61,103 bases of DNA, taken from positions 1 through 61,103 of the forward strand of contig VGKQ01000004.1 in the NCBI GenBank assembly GCA_016866995.1, written 5' to 3'. The notes beneath the pieces were generated by a model, which searched no databases, was not told the origin of the DNA, and saw only the letters and a program-made list of their open reading frames with translations. The position numbers were made by a program, and so were the translations under genes. The first letter of the stretch is position 1. Each line of letters begins with the position of its first letter. This DNA comes from Candidatus Pacearchaeota archaeon. Lineage in GTDB: Archaea; Nanobdellota; Nanobdellia; Pacearchaeales; GW2011-AR1. This document shows positions 39,441 to 48,508 of this stretch, one piece after another.

Positions 39441-40025
39441 ATGAATAAAAAAGGACTGGCTGTTGTGTGGTGGGTTGTAATTGCAGTAGCAGTAATTATT
39501 GTTCTTTATGGAATTTATGGATATAATAGTTTTGTAACCTTAAACCAGAATATTAACGGGAAGTGGAGCGAGGTTGAGAACCAGTATCAGAGGCAGGCTG
39601 ACTTGATTCCAAATCTTGTATCTGTTGTTGCAAGTTCTGTTGGGGCTGAGACAAAATATGTGAAGGATATTGTTGATGCAAGAACATCTTGGCAATCTGC
39701 GCAATCCCAGCTTCAAAAAGATGAGGCAGGAGTTAGGATGAATAATGGTGTTGCTGCTCTTGTAAGCGCGGTTGCTGAAAATTATCCTACACTACAGGCA
39801 AACAAGCAGTATGTTGCGCTTACAGATGAGTTATCAGGGACACAGAACAGAATAGCTGTTGCAAGAGGAGAGTATATCAAATCAATTCAAGCTTATAACA
39901 CTGCTGTAATGAGATTTCCAAGCCTGATTATTGCGAGAATATTTGGATTTTCTGAGAAAGATTATTATAAAGCAGAACTTTCTTCTATGAAAACACCTGT
40001 TCTTGGAGAGGGAGTTTTGCCTTAA
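39441..40025 (+). CDS. lemA: LemA family protein
   Basis: N-terminal TM helix, then YNSFVTLNQNINGKWSEVENQYQRQADLIPNLV and RIAVARGEYIKSIQAYNTAVMRFPS. Confidence 0.9.
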   Translation: MNKKGLAVVWWVVIAVAVIIVLYGIYGYNSFVTLNQNINGKWSEVENQYQRQADLIPNLVSVVASSVGAETKYVKDIVDARTSWQSAQSQLQKDEAGVRMNNGVAALVSAVAENYPTLQANKQYVALTDELSGTQNRIAVARGEYIKSIQAYNTAVMRFPSLIIARIFGFSEKDYYKAELSSMKTPVLGEGVLP

Positions 40026-40180
40026 GGCAAAACTCTGGATTATATTTTTGGGATTAGTGCAAATTAAATTTAATAATTGCTGATAATTATAATAAGTTAA
40101 ATTGATAAATATTAATCCTAGACAATATAGCTTAAAAATAGTTTTATAATCCTTAATATTAATTAATAATTAATTAAAAG

Positions 40181-43100
40181 TTACATCCTGATTTTTCTTC
40201 CGAACTTTTTCGCTAACTTGAGCATCTGCTTTTGTGAGAAGCCCTGCTGCATTTCTGACATATCTCCATCTTTTATAAAACTTGAAATCATCTTGTATTG
40301 CTTGAGAAGAGCCCGGACATCGCTTGTATTTATTCCAGAGCCTTTTGCTATTCTTGCTATTCTGCTTGTCTGTTTTTCAATTATTTCTGGATTTTCTATT
40401 TCCTCGCGAGTCATGCTCTGGATTGCAAATTTCCATTTTTTTATTTTTTCTTCCTGATTTTCCAGCATGTTTTCCGGAATTTTTGCATTTCCTAATCCTG
40501 GAATTAAATTTTTTATTTTTGACAGAGAGCCGATGTTTTCCATGCTTTTTAGCTGTTCTAATAAATCAAGCATTGTGAATTTGCCTTCTTTTAATCTTTC
40601 CTGCATTTGCTTTTGTTTTTTCTCATCTACAACAGATGAAACTCTTTCTATTAAACTCTGCAAATCTCCCATGCCAAGCATTCTTGACAAGAAACTTGAG
40701 GGATTAAACAACTCAATATCATGAACATGCTCGCCTGTTGTTATAAAATAAACAGGAGCTTTAGTCTCATGGCACGCTGTCAATGCACCCCCGCCTTTTG
40801 CTGTTGAATCCATTCTTGTTATAATTACCCCATTAATTGAAAGAGCTTTTTGAAATTCAGAAGCTTGCTTTTTTGCAGCCTGCCCAATATCAGCAGGCAT
40901 TACAAGAATTGTGTAATCTGGCTTCAACTCGCGTCCTAATTTTTTTATTTCATTAATTAAATCTTTATCTAGAGCATCTCTCCCTGCTGTGTCTACAAAA
41001 ATCAAGTCATATTGGTTTAACTCGCGAGAAAATTTTTTCCATGTTTTTATTGGGTTATTCTCTTCTTTGTCAATGAAAACTTTGAAATTATTTTTATTTC
41101 CAAGCTGTTCTAACTGCTCGCGAGCAGCTGGACGATGAACATCCAAGCCAAGAGCTGCTGTTTTAAATCCCCTTTTGTTGTAATATGCTGCTAATTTTGA
41201 GATTGTTGTTGTATTATGCACAATAAAGTTATCTGCGATGAAACTATGATTATCTTCTATTGTCAAATCATAAACATAATTTTCATCATTTTCTAATTTT
41301 TTAATATCACTTATCTGCCCCCATTTAGCATCCGAGTATGCTAAAATCCTTAGATTATTTAACTCTTTTAAGAAATGTTCTTGATTAATTGAGGCAAGAT
41401 ACTTATTGCCTATTGAAGTTAAAATATTGCTTTTATTGATAAATCCTGCTTTCTGTAAGTGAGTTATCATTCCATTTAAAATGTTATGATTTATTGTTTC
41501 ATTATGGTTTAGTTTATTGAGAATTATTGGAAAGATTCCTAATCTTTTTGTTTCATAGTATAAAACCAACTTAATTAACTGCTCTTTGGAGATAAACCCT
41601 GCTTCTTCATATCTTCCATAGCTATTAACTGCACTCTGGATTTCTCCTATCGAGAACCCTCCCATCTCCCTGATATTCTTTAAATAATCTCCCAGTGGAA
41701 TCATCTCATTTCTTCCACTTCCCTGAATTTGCCCATATAACTGGAATTTTGATAGGTTTTCTTTTTTATGAAAAATAACCGAGCCTATTTTTTCTGCGTA
41801 TCTTTCAGATGATCTTCCGGAGATTATCATTCTGCAATAATCCTTGCCATTTACTTTCTTGCAGGATATGGAGCTTGATATTGAAAATCTTTTAAGCAGA
41901 AAACTTATTTGTTGAATTAATGTTTTGCTTTCAGAAGTTAATTCAATCTGCCTTGAGCCTTTTGATGGTGAGCCATCGCAATCAAAATATGCTTTTATAA
42001 AACTTTTGACAACCTCATTATCTGATTTTAGTATTTCTTCAGGAACTTCCATGTTCGTTCCTTTTCTGCCAGCTTTTAATTTAAATATCTCTAATAATTT
42101 GACTAAGGTTGTTGAACAGAAGATTACTCTGAACATTTTGTTGGTCCTTAAATCTCTCTTAATTTTTGGGGCAGTATTAAATAAGTTCTTCCCAAGATAA
42201 GTTAGCCTTTCAATAATCTCCTTGTCTTCGCTTACTATTTCAATATATTGTTTTCCGATATGCCCATCTCCCATTAAATATCCTAAAAATTCTGCAAACT
42301 CTGGATTAATTGTTAAAGGAATTGAAATAATATTTTTACTGTTTTTTAACTTTGCAGTAATAATGTTAAAATTCTCCAGGCTTACTAATTCTATTGGAAC
42401 TTGCCCCTCTCTTAAAGAGATTGTAAAACAGCAGTAATTTTTTTGGCATTTAAGGCTTTTACAAATCTCTTTTATTTCTTTGTCTCTTATAATCTCTTGA
42501 ACTTGCTTTTTAGTCAGGCAGAGGTCTAAATTAAGAGTTTTTATTTTATTTCTAATTGACTGAGGAATTCCACTAATTTCTATTTTTTCTGGAATGGCAA
42601 TGAAATTTTCTTTAGTTAACTCATCTGCTCTTATTTGAATAATCTTCCCCTCCTTTAAGGCGAAAAAGGGATGTTCTGGAGTTACTCTGATTGAGAAATC
42701 ATTGCCATTATCTATTTTTACTTCATATAATTCTTTCTTTTTCAGCTTCCACAAATGAGTTGCTTTTTTATTTTCTATCTTGCAGGTTTTAGGATTAAAT
42801 GATGGGACAAATAATTCCTGGCTTGAAATATCTATTATTTTTCCGTCTTCTAAATATGATTCTCTTAAAAATAAATATTTATCATATAATTTTTCTGCTT
42901 TAATCAACTCGCCTGTTGAAAGTTGTATTTTTGTATCTTTATGAACGCATTTTCCTGCTCCGTACAATCCAAGAAGCATAATTTTAATATTCTTGTTTTT
43001 TTCTAATTCTAATTCTTTCTGGCTTCCTCCTAAAATTTCGAGCAATTTATCATGAAGCAACTTGATTATATGCTCTTTTTTCTCTATTCCCTTAATTCTC

Positions 43101-43285
43101 TCGTCAAAAGCTGCTTTTCTTAGTTCGTCACTTAAATTTTTGACAAGATGAATATTTACATCTGCTTCTATCAAAGCTCTCTGCAAGTCTTTTATGATGC
43201 TTTCAACAATATTTTTGTCAAGAAAAATAGCATTAGCTATCTTGTCTGTTGCTTTTTTTATTGCTGATGAAAGTTTTTCAAACAT
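40181..43285 (-). CDS. srp54: signal recognition particle protein SRP54, interrupted by an intein in the P-loop
   Basis: N domain is present. The G-domain P-loop GLYGAGK|TTT is split by the intein. DTAGR, TRMDSTAKGGGAL and a Met-rich M domain follow. The exteins total 455 aa. Confidence 0.95.
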   Translation of the reverse strand: MFEKLSSAIKKATDKIANAIFLDKNIVESIIKDLQRALIEADVNIHLVKNLSDELRKAAFDERIKGIEKKEHIIKLLHDKLLEILGGSQKELELEKNKNIKIMLLGLYGAGKCVHKDTKIQLSTGELIKAEKLYDKYLFLRESYLEDGKIIDISSQELFVPSFNPKTCKIENKKATHLWKLKKKELYEVKIDNGNDFSIRVTPEHPFFALKEGKIIQIRADELTKENFIAIPEKIEISGIPQSIRNKIKTLNLDLCLTKKQVQEIIRDKEIKEICKSLKCQKNYCCFTISLREGQVPIELVSLENFNIITAKLKNSKNIISIPLTINPEFAEFLGYLMGDGHIGKQYIEIVSEDKEIIERLTYLGKNLFNTAPKIKRDLRTNKMFRVIFCSTTLVKLLEIFKLKAGRKGTNMEVPEEILKSDNEVVKSFIKAYFDCDGSPSKGSRQIELTSESKTLIQQISFLLKRFSISSSISCKKVNGKDYCRMIISGRSSERYAEKIGSVIFHKKENLSKFQLYGQIQGSGRNEMIPLGDYLKNIREMGGFSIGEIQSAVNSYGRYEEAGFISKEQLIKLVLYYETKRLGIFPIILNKLNHNETINHNILNGMITHLQKAGFINKSNILTSIGNKYLASINQEHFLKELNNLRILAYSDAKWGQISDIKKLENDENYVYDLTIEDNHSFIADNFIVHNTTTISKLAAYYNKRGFKTAALGLDVHRPAAREQLEQLGNKNNFKVFIDKEENNPIKTWKKFSRELNQYDLIFVDTAGRDALDKDLINEIKKLGRELKPDYTILVMPADIGQAAKKQASEFQKALSINGVIITRMDSTAKGGGALTACHETKAPVYFITTGEHVHDIELFNPSSFLSRMLGMGDLQSLIERVSSVVDEKKQKQMQERLKEGKFTMLDLLEQLKSMENIGSLSKIKNLIPGLGNAKIPENMLENQEEKIKKWKFAIQSMTREEIENPEIIEKQTSRIARIAKGSGINTSDVRALLKQYKMISSFIKDGDMSEMQQGFSQKQMLKLAKKFGRKIRM
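41213..42949 (-). mobile_element. SRP54 intein with LAGLIDADG homing-endonuclease domain (579 aa)
   Basis: Starts with Cys (GAGK|CVHKDTKIQL) and has block B TPEHPF. LAGLIDADG motifs are LGYLMGDGHIG and AYFDCDGSP. It ends FIVHN followed by Thr (HN|TTTISKL). Confidence 0.9.
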
Positions 43286-43297
43286 GTTTTATTTTCC

Positions 43298-44107
43298 TTA
43301 TATTGTGTCAAGAGGGCTTTTTATATTTTTTATGTTTGCCTGTGAGATTTGAGTATAAATTTGAGTGGTTTTTATATCTGAGTGTCCAAGTAGTTTCTGT
43401 ATTATTCTTAAATCTGTTCCCTGCTCAAGAAGATGGGTTGCAAAACTATGCCTTAATAAATGAGGATAAACTTCTTTTTTAATTCCTGCTTTTTTTGCAG
43501 AATTTTCTACTATTTTTGCAATTGTTTTTTTAGTTAATTTTCCTTCCCTGTTGGAAGGAAATAATATTTTATCACTATTCAGCTTGCAATATGCTTCAAG
43601 CTCTTCTTTTAATGAATCCGGAATTTTAACAAACCTGTCTTTTTTTCCTTTCCCAAGGCTAATATGAATCAACTTTTCTGAAAAGTTAACATCCTCTTTC
43701 ATTAAATTTATGATTTCAGAAACGCGGAGCCCGCAGCCATATAAAACCTTTAGTATTAGCTTGTGCTTTATATTGCTTGTTGCCTGAACCATTTGTCTGA
43801 TTTCTTCTTTTGTTAGTATCTCGGGAATTTTTTTGTTTCTCTTTGGTTTTGGAATACAGATTTTTTGATTTAATATATTCTTAAAGAAATATTCTATTGC
43901 AAATATGCTGTGAGAAACTGAAGATGGTTCATTTTTCTTTAGCTGAAAAAGAGCAAAATTACTGGCAGTTTCTTTATTCATACCTTTGTTTTCTGTGAAT
44001 TCAAGATATTTTTTGACATGAATCAGATAAGATTTTATAGTTTCCCCTGAATAATTTTTCAGAAGAAGATTTTCTTCAAGTTTTTTTAATAACCCTTGAT
44101 ATTTCAT
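43298..44107 (-). CDS. tyrosine recombinase (Xer/IntI-like), candidate integrase of the adjacent cassette array
   Basis: Catalytic R (CGLRVSE), K (GKGKKDR), HxxR (HLLRHSFATHL), H (LGHSD) and Y (TQIYTQI). N-terminal SAM-like domain (NYSGETIKSYLIHVKKYLEF). Only 269 aa, with no long insertion before the HxxR box. Confidence 0.88.
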   Translation of the reverse strand: MKYQGLLKKLEENLLLKNYSGETIKSYLIHVKKYLEFTENKGMNKETASNFALFQLKKNEPSSVSHSIFAIEYFFKNILNQKICIPKPKRNKKIPEILTKEEIRQMVQATSNIKHKLILKVLYGCGLRVSEIINLMKEDVNFSEKLIHISLGKGKKDRFVKIPDSLKEELEAYCKLNSDKILFPSNREGKLTKKTIAKIVENSAKKAGIKKEVYPHLLRHSFATHLLEQGTDLRIIQKLLGHSDIKTTQIYTQISQANIKNIKSPLDTI

Positions 44108-44154
44108 AAGTTTTACATTTTTTTATTATTTATAAAGATTACTATATATCTTAA

Positions 44155-44200
44155 TTGGATATGTAAATTTACCATAATTTCCATATCCAATATGTTAGTT
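44155..44200 (+). other. attI-like site
   Basis: A 9-bp inverted repeat TTGGATATG-N18-CATATCCAA is followed by TAT and GTTAGTT (44194-44200). It lies 87 bp from the recombinase start codon. No left core or palindromic partner is present. Confidence 0.45.
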
Positions 44201-44312
44201 GCAATTTGCCCCCTCGCTACGAAAATGAACGGAAGCTCTACCACTGATAATTATTCATTTATTAGTGATTACAAAAGGAAGATTTATATACTCTTTTAAT
44301 ATTATTCATGCT

Positions 44313-44966
44313 ATGGAAAAGACATTAAAAGAAAGATTTGACAAGTGCTCTTGGGATGAGTATTTTTATAGAAAATTTCACGCGCTTTGGCGCTCTGTCC
44401 AAGCAAGAGGAGGCTATGAGATAGCTAATCTTTTTATGCAAGAACGAGCTGGGAATCTACATTTATTTCCATGTGGTGCAGAAGGAATAGGTTTACCAAC
44501 TGACGAGTTGTCTCAACTTATCTATGTTCCTAGAATGGTATTAGAACTAGATAAGAATTCAAAGAGCAAAGATAGGGAGAATGGTATAGCATTCTTTTCC
44601 AAAGATGATTTAAATCAATTTACAGATAATAATCTGCCATACCCTCACTACCATGATGTCACTCTTGTTGATTTTATTTTATATACCGGTTCAGAGAGAT
44701 TAAGAGGAAATAGTAACGAATATTTAACAAGCCAACAAGTTTTAGATAAAATAGCTCATGATTTCTTATATCAACAGAAAGCCATGCAATATTCACGAAG
44801 ATTATTATGGCATTGTAAAAGGAGGAATGATAAAGATTTAGGAACTGATGAGATAAGAGATACTACCACAGAGATTTTTAGACCTAAATCCAGCAGAGAA
44901 AAGGTGGATAGATTTATACATGAACTTATTGTTTTATACGCTTCTGAAATGGACTTGACTTTTTGA
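44313..44966 (+). CDS. cassette 1 ORF, hypothetical protein
   Basis: 217 aa from MEKTLKERFDK. A TATA-like tttatata lies about 30 nt upstream. No recognisable motif. Confidence 0.65.
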   Translation: MEKTLKERFDKCSWDEYFYRKFHALWRSVQARGGYEIANLFMQERAGNLHLFPCGAEGIGLPTDELSQLIYVPRMVLELDKNSKSKDRENGIAFFSKDDLNQFTDNNLPYPHYHDVTLVDFILYTGSERLRGNSNEYLTSQQVLDKIAHDFLYQQKAMQYSRRLLWHCKRRNDKDLGTDEIRDTTTEIFRPKSSREKVDRFIHELIVLYASEMDLTF

Positions 44967-45050
44967 TTTTTTCGCTTGCTCGGGGGCAAACTTTGATTTT
45001 TTGCTTCGCAACATTGCACTAAAAATCAACCACTCCAAGTATTCGTGGGC

Positions 45051-45166
45051 AACTAACAGCGATTAAGTGGTTACGCTCGGTTGCACCTCGCTCCACCCAT
45101 ATTTTTCGGAAATTTATAATATTTTTAGATAGTCCGAAAAACATCGCTTAATCGCATATGTTAGGC
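45051..45166 (+). other. attC-like site 1 (116 bp)
   Basis: Structure is AACTAAC-A-GCGATTAAG ... CTTAATCGC-ATAT-GTTAGGC. The internal stem is TTTTTCGGA/TCCGAAAAA. Confidence 0.7.
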
Positions 45167-45209
45167 AAAATAAATTTTTGGGCGATAATAGGACATCTTA
45201 AGAATTCTA

Positions 45210-45575
45210 TTACTTATTCAAAAAAAAGTTTATAAGTTTATATATTCCATACCCAATACCACCATAAACAGCAACACCTCCTACAATCATTACTGCAGTC
45301 ATTATCTTTTCTTCACGAGAACTCATTTCTTTTTCATAAGCTGCTGTATATTCTGGGTGATTTTCCTTTAACCAAAAATATTCTTCATGAGAAAGTCTAG
45401 GTCTTTGCCAAGGAGAAGGCATTGCAGAAGGAGCATTATTGTCTAGTGCATGTTCATCTAACTCTCTTTCTCTTTCCAATATTCCTTCTAATTGTCCAGG
45501 GCTAATGTACTCTCCTCTTGCAAATTTAGATTCAAATGCCCTATAATCAACTGTATGATTTTTCTCATTTACCAT
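45210..45575 (-). CDS. cassette 2 ORF, hypothetical membrane-anchored protein
   Basis: 121 aa with a C-terminal TM helix (IMTAVMIVGGVAVYGGIGYGIY). It has its own AT-rich upstream region containing a TATA-like box. Confidence 0.65.
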   Translation of the reverse strand: MVNEKNHTVDYRAFESKFARGEYISPGQLEGILERERELDEHALDNNAPSAMPSPWQRPRLSHEEYFWLKENHPEYTAAYEKEMSSREEKIMTAVMIVGGVAVYGGIGYGIYKLINFFLNK

Positions 45576-45701
45576 ACTATAAAGAATGTTATATAAATAT
45601 ATAAACTTTATGATTACTTCTCGCCCAAAAATTTACTCTGCGGATTTTTCGAAGAAAAAATCCTTGCCACGTTGCACTCTCCTCCCTTCGGTCGTCGGGT
45701 C

Positions 45702-45834
45702 GCCTAACAGCGATTAAGAGGAAACCTCGTTGCACTTCGGTTTCCCAAATTTTTTGCCAACTCTCAAAAATCCTCCAGTTATATGGGTCGGATTTTTGGA
45801 GGGCAAAAAACTTCTCTTAATCGCGATGTTAGTT
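45702..45834 (+). other. attC-like site 2 (133 bp)
   Basis: Structure is GCCTAAC-A-GCGATTAAGAG ... CTCTTAATCGC-GAT-GTTAGTT. The inner arms are complementary at 11 of 11 positions. The internal stem is imperfect and contains bulges. Confidence 0.75.
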
Positions 45835-45908
45835 GCAATCAGCCTCGGGCGCCTATTAGATTTTTCATCACAATAATCCTTTTAAAGACTAATCTTATTC
45901 TTTTATTC

Positions 45909-46580
45909 ATGGATGAAAAATTAGTTAGAGGGGAACTTCCTATTCAATCTGTTTATCAGAGAGGAGAAGCAGTTACTGCTACTGTTCCTATTCATTTAGC
46001 TGTGATGGATTTACCAGAGAAAGTTAGAACTGATGTTTCTTTAATCGCAGATGCGAAGGATATTGTTAAGCTATGGTATGATGAAGACATGGCTTATTAT
46101 CTGCGTGTTTTGAGAGAAGCAGATATGGAACTCCCTTGGCTTGAAGATTATGAAAGATTTAAAGATGAGTGGCAGCTTGATGGAGAACCAAGTGACGGAT
46201 TTTTATCTTTATCTTGGAGAGAAAACGGAGAAGTTCATAATATAAAATATAATTCTGTGCCTGTAGTTCTTCGCAACCAACACGATGAATTTGGAGAATT
46301 TTATACTCCAGAATCATGGAAACGAGGAGGTTGGATTGAGATAATCTATAGAAATGTAACAGACCCTGAAGTTGTTGCAATGAGCCCGGAAAAAATGCGA
46401 AGGTATGGTAGAGAAACAGACATCGCCAGAATCCATGAAGATAGAGGTCTTGCCGAAGTTGTTGGTAATGCTTTTAGTTCTGATTATCATATGAATATGG
46501 CAAAAACTCTGCTATTGAGAGATTTTGCAGTTTTCTATTTAAACAGATTGCTGGATAAAGCTAACGGAAGTTCCCCTTAA
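45909..46580 (+). CDS. cassette 3 ORF, hypothetical protein
   Basis: 223 aa from MDEKLVRGELPIQ. The track start at 45783 lies inside attC-like site 2 and was trimmed. Confidence 0.65.
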   Translation: MDEKLVRGELPIQSVYQRGEAVTATVPIHLAVMDLPEKVRTDVSLIADAKDIVKLWYDEDMAYYLRVLREADMELPWLEDYERFKDEWQLDGEPSDGFLSLSWRENGEVHNIKYNSVPVVLRNQHDEFGEFYTPESWKRGGWIEIIYRNVTDPEVVAMSPEKMRRYGRETDIARIHEDRGLAEVVGNAFSSDYHMNMAKTLLLRDFAVFYLNRLLDKANGSSP

Positions 46581-46655
46581 TTTTACGGCGCCCTCGGCCG
46601 ACTTCTCCGAATTTTTGTTCCAAAAATTCTCGACCTTCGCAAGTTTGCTCAGGGG

Positions 46656-46750
46656 ACTTAACAGCACTTTTACGGTTCCGCCTTCGCTCTGCCGCTCGGC
46701 TCCACCCAAACTTGCCTCCGGCAAGCTTCGTAAAAGTGCATATGTTAAGT
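46656..46750 (+). other. attC-like site 3 (95 bp)
   Basis: Structure is ACTTAAC-A-GCACTTTTACG ... CGTAAAAGTGC-ATAT-GTTAAGT. The arms are complementary at 11 of 11 positions. The internal stem is CTTGCC/GGCAAG. Confidence 0.75.
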
Positions 46751-46812
46751 CGAATAATTTTTCGGGCTCGCTTATTGGAATTCCCACCCACGTTAGGGGC
46801 ACTCTCAAAGAA

Positions 46813-47223
46813 TCACAAATACTTTTTAACAAGATTTGCAGCAGTAAATCCAATACAATAACCAACTGCAGTTTTTCCTGCACCTAAAACTGCTCCTCGT
46901 GCAGCAAATGGCAAGGCAGATTCTGAGTACCTTTCTACTGATGCCATTGTAAAACTTCCAACTAAATACTCTGCTCCAGATTGAAGAACGGTTGGAGCAA
47001 TTTTCATAGATAAATCTGCTACCAATGGAGCATTTATTCCAAATCCGTCTAAAAATCCTGCAGTTGCTCCGCTAACCAATGCAACAATTCCAAACAATCT
47101 ATCTATAGAATTTCTTTTCCCTTGTTCCTTTAATTGCTCATTTAAAGGATGCCCCTTTACTCTTTCACAGACAAGTCTATCTAAAAGACCTATATTCTTT
47201 GTATCATAAGTTTGATCTGCCAT
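46813..47223 (-). CDS. cassette 4 ORF, hypothetical Gly/Ala-rich membrane-associated protein
   Basis: 136 aa, with glycine-zipper-like segments (GIVALVSGATAGFLDGFG and GAVLGAGKTAVGYCIGF). Confidence 0.6.
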   Translation of the reverse strand: MADQTYDTKNIGLLDRLVCERVKGHPLNEQLKEQGKRNSIDRLFGIVALVSGATAGFLDGFGINAPLVADLSMKIAPTVLQSGAEYLVGSFTMASVERYSESALPFAARGAVLGAGKTAVGYCIGFTAANLVKKYL

Positions 47224-47414
47224 CTTGTTATTTTCTCAGAAATCGCTGAGGACGAATCACCTCAATGATGATAATAAGCGTCGACTTTTAAACCTTTCGA
47301 AAGTGCCCCTTTTTCGTTTCCCACCCTACGAAATTGGCTCGCCCGAAAAATTACTTCTCCTTCCTTTCAGTCAGTCGACCACATTGCATTCTCAAGTCTG
47401 CGGACTTTCGGGGC

Positions 47415-47473
47415 GTATAACAGCGATTATATACAATTCAGAAGTCGGCTATATCGTAAAAGAGGGGTTTCGG
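47415..47473 (+). other. attC-like site 4 (degenerate)
   Basis: Structure is GTATAAC-A-GCGATTATATA ... CTATATCGT ... GTTTCGG. The left core and arm are good, but the right core fits GTTRRRY poorly. Confidence 0.4.
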
Positions 47474-47508
47474 GCTAGCAATTACAAAATTATTACTAAA
47501 TTAAAATT

Positions 47509-48210
47509 CTAAACGCCAACTTGTCTATTGAGTACTTCCATACAACGTGATAGAACTTCCCTATCATACTGTAGCATTTGTAAATTATGCTCAAGAGGCC
47601 ATGGTATAACATCCTCAGGAGGTTTGTGGGATAATCTATAAAACCACGATTTCCTCACATATTCCTGCCACCTTGCCTTAAATTCTTTTGCTTTTTCAAT
47701 AATTTGTTTTTTAGTACTTTCCATCTCTTGTAAACAAGTAGCATATTTCGATTCTAAAAAATATTTTGTTTTACCCCTAAATAGATTGTTTTTTGCTACA
47801 TCTTCCATATCATGAATACTAAGGTATCTACCTATTTCTTCAGGTTCTACTCTAGCCCCCATTTCCACAACCTTTGCTAGTACTAACCCTACACCTAAGG
47901 GAATGTTATGATTTTTAAATAAAATTTCTCTCAGTTCTTCTGGGGTATACTCAATTCCAAGCTTCTGTGATAGTGTTAAGTAAGTAGTTGTGAACCAGCC
48001 ATCTACTGTAACTGAAGTTTGGGACTCTGGATGTATCATAGCTTCATATAATCCATCCCGGAATTCTTTTGTGACTACTACTTTTTTATCTTCTGTAGAA
48101 TTTACAAGATTATTTATATATCGATTTCTTTCAGCGATACTGCCACTTAAACAACCCTCTAAAGATCGCTTATCCAAAACAATTTCTACTAATTGATTAT
48201 CTTTTCCCAT
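47509..48210 (-). CDS. cassette 5 ORF, hypothetical protein
   Basis: 233 aa. An SD-like gaggt and a TATA-like aaagtttatatt lie upstream on the minus strand. Confidence 0.65.
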   Translation of the reverse strand: MGKDNQLVEIVLDKRSLEGCLSGSIAERNRYINNLVNSTEDKKVVVTKEFRDGLYEAMIHPESQTSVTVDGWFTTTYLTLSQKLGIEYTPEELREILFKNHNIPLGVGLVLAKVVEMGARVEPEEIGRYLSIHDMEDVAKNNLFRGKTKYFLESKYATCLQEMESTKKQIIEKAKEFKARWQEYVRKSWFYRLSHKPPEDVIPWPLEHNLQMLQYDREVLSRCMEVLNRQVGV

Positions 48211-48448
48211 TTTTACCCACTTACCTCTTCATTAATTAGGAATAATATAAACTTTAAAAATATATCGCCCGAACCCCTCTTACTTCTTTTACTCTAATGC
48301 TCTCCGAGCTTTATACGCCGACTTTTGAACTCGAAAGTTTTAATCTTCTTCCTTGTTCACTCCGTTCACAATATCAGAAGTTAAATCTTTCGGTTTTCTC
48401 CGCTCGAGGGAAAATCAAAGATTTTCCAGCTCTGAGCTTCGAAAACGA

Positions 48449-48497
48449 ATATAACAGCGATTAAGTGAAATTCAAAAATCGTGCTCCCAAGTTACGT
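48449..48497 (+). other. attC-like site 5 (short, 49 bp)
   Basis: Structure is ATATAAC-A-GCGATT ... AATCGTGCT-CCCAA-GTTACGT. The arms pair with one bulged base. Confidence 0.55.
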
Positions 48498-48508
48498 TCG
48501 GGGCAAAA

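Noticed and set aside
45783-45908. N-terminal 42-aa extension of the cassette 3 ORF suggested by the ORF track.
   Set aside because: The extension starts inside attC-like site 2 and translates to low-complexity sequence. The ATG at 45909 follows an AT-rich leader and begins the globular sequence.
46539-46887. Three overlapping ORFs (114, 76 and 90 aa) across the cassette 3/4 junction.
   Set aside because: They span attC-like site 3 and the inverted repeats, are mutually exclusive, and encode Arg/Gly/Ser-rich nonsense typical of GC-rich palindromes.
47225-47512. 95-aa plus-strand ORF between cassette ORFs 4 and 5.
   Set aside because: It covers the conserved box, attC-like site 4 and flanking repeats. 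It has no plausible start context or protein-like composition.
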